Positions 8,775-10,377 of a stretch of DNA of 10,377 bases are shown in pieces. The notes under the pieces are model-generated. The model did not search any database, had not been told where the DNA came from, and saw only the letters and a program-made list of their open reading frames with translations. The DNA comes from an uncultured bacterium (GTDB lineage: Bacteria > Hydrothermota > UBA3073 > NMUJ01): NCBI GenBank assembly GCA_965612795.1, contig CBFDTI010000045.1:1-10377 (forward strand), written 5' to 3'. The number at the start of each line of letters is the position of its first letter. Position 1 is the first letter of the stretch. The position numbers and the translations under genes are program-made.

Positions 8775-10377
8775 AATACATCTTACGGCACTTGTCCCCC
8801 CGTAAGGGTAAATTGTTGTTGATACTATTGTTGATGATCATATATGCTGTATTATCCGGAGTATCTTTAACAGCGATAATGCCGCTGGTGAGCTCCATAT
8901 TTCGTGTGGATACACAAACATCCGGTATTCTTGGCAACTTTAACCAGTATTTTCTAAGATATGCACCTATGCAAGCAGTGATTTTGATAAGTGGCCTCAT
9001 TGTGGTGGTCTTCTTGTTACGTGGTATTGTGGGATATGCTCAGCGTTATCTTGGAGCAAAATTGGAAGAAAGTATCATCAAAGAGATACGCGATAAGCTT
9101 TATACACATATACATGCTTTGCCACTGTCATACTTTGTGAAAGAACATTCGGGTCACCTGATAGCTAGGGCAACGAGTGACGTTGACGGTATCAGACGTG
9201 GTATAAAGGATGGATTTTTGCCTATTATTCGTGAGACTATGCTTATATTGGTATACAGTGGGATAGCGATATATTTATCACCTATACTCTTTTTGTATAC
9301 GGCGATTATATTCTTGCCAATATTTCTCATCATACAGCGGTTGGGTATGAAATTACGTTATGAAAGCGAGCGCGTACAGAATAGGATGGCAAAAGTGACG
9401 CGTGCACTGAGTGAAACTTTTGGTGGTATAAAGGTGATAAAAGCCTATGCAGCAGAAGCCGAAGATAAGCGCAGGTTCGATAACCTCACGCTTGCCCATA
9501 TGCGGACCATGTTGAAATTTGAGCGTCTAAGTCTCATAGGTACACCGCTGGCGGAGTTCATGTTTGCGCTAGCGATAGCGGTTATGTTGATATTAGGGGC
9601 ATATGCAATATTTATTAAACATGTACTGACAGCGTCCGAATTCATATTATTTATAGGTGCAATAGTGGCACTCGTACAACCAATACGAAACGTTGCACAG
9701 GCTAATTCATTGTTACAACGTGCAATAAATGTAACGGATCGTGTATATAGGGTAATGGAATTACCTTGTGAACGTCCACATGGTGGTATACCATGGTGTG
9801 GGCTTAAGGAATGTATAGTGTTTGATGACGTACATTTTGCGTACAATACAGATTATGTATTAGTAGGGGTTAGTTTTAGCATCTACAAAGGCGAGAAGAT
9901 AGCACTTATAGGTACATCGGGGGTGGGTAAGACTACAATTGTCGATTTATTGCTCGGTTTTTACGAACCCACCCGCGGTAGGATAATCGTGGACGGTTAC
10001 GATCTACGTGAGATAGATCTAAAAAGTTGGCGCAAACGTATAGGGGTGGTAACCCAAGAACCGATACTGTTTAATGCCACCATCATAGAAAATATAACAC
10101 TCGGCGAACCTACAGTTGATATTAGAAGGGTGAAACGTGCCGCTATACTTGCACATGCAGATGAATTCATAAGTAAATTGCCGGATGGCTATAACACCAT
10201 AATAGGGGAGAGGGGGGTTACATTATCAGGGGGTGAACGTCAACGGCTGGCACTTGCACGCGCTATTTACAAAGAACCGGAAATACTGATACTGGATGAA
10301 GTAACTGCATATCTGGATCGGGAGTCAGCTCAAAAGATAGAAGCTGCACTTGAAGAGGTGCTTAAGGGACGAACTGC
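8771..10377 (+). CDS. ABC exporter, fused permease + ATPase (MsbA-like); 3' end outside window
   Basis: Manual translation from ATG 8771 (ATGA overlap with iorB) is open to the window end. It starts MKYILRHLSPRKG, has multiple TM helices, LPLSYF, GIKVIKAY, Walker A GTSGVGKT, Q-loop VTQE, signature LSGGERQR and Walker B ILILDE. Confidence 0.93.
   Translation, partial: MKYILRHLSPRKGKLLLILLLMIIYAVLSGVSLTAIMPLVSSIFRVDTQTSGILGNFNQYFLRYAPMQAVILISGLIVVVFLLRGIVGYAQRYLGAKLEESIIKEIRDKLYTHIHALPLSYFVKEHSGHLIARATSDVDGIRRGIKDGFLPIIRETMLILVYSGIAIYLSPILFLYTAIIFLPIFLIIQRLGMKLRYESERVQNRMAKVTRALSETFGGIKVIKAYAAEAEDKRRFDNLTLAHMRTMLKFERLSLIGTPLAEFMFALAIAVMLILGAYAIFIKHVLTASEFILFIGAIVALVQPIRNVAQANSLLQRAINVTDRVYRVMELPCERPHGGIPWCGLKECIVFDDVHFAYNTDYVLVGVSFSIYKGEKIALIGTSGVGKTTIVDLLLGFYEPTRGRIIVDGYDLREIDLKSWRKRIGVVTQEPILFNATIIENITLGEPTVDIRRVKRAAILAHADEFISKLPDGYNTIIGERGVTLSGGERQRLALARAIYKEPEILILDEVTAYLDRESAQKIEAALEEVLKGRT

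Noticed and set aside
8764..9846. Minus-strand ORFs 8764..9000 and 9445..9846
   Set aside because: Antisense to the ABC exporter, which the track missed only because its stop lies outside the window.

Overview
A compact, ordinary-looking chromosomal region from an anaerobic bacterium; the lineage cannot be fixed from the sequence alone. On the + strand, 12 tightly packed genes fall into three apparent transcription units: (1) rnfG-rnfE; (2) guaB-hslV-hslU-PTS EIIA-like-PP-loop tRNA sulfurtransferase-like; (3) trxB-trxA-TlpA/ResA-type lipoprotein-iorB-MsbA-like ABC exporter, which runs off the window end and is missing from the ORF track. A minus-strand reading frame at the left edge (370->1, also missing from the track) encodes the internal part of a secreted or fibre-like protein and has no 5' end. 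I see no mobile element, CRISPR array or RNA gene, and no clear-cut new system. The best second-look items are: an EIIA domain lacking its phosphoacceptor His and translationally coupled to HslU; a TrxB with an AhpF-like NADH-type nucleotide site; three similar TTGAC promoters placed so that transcripts would be leaderless; split multi-subunit operons (rnfGE alone, iorB alone); and the headless fibre-like gene.
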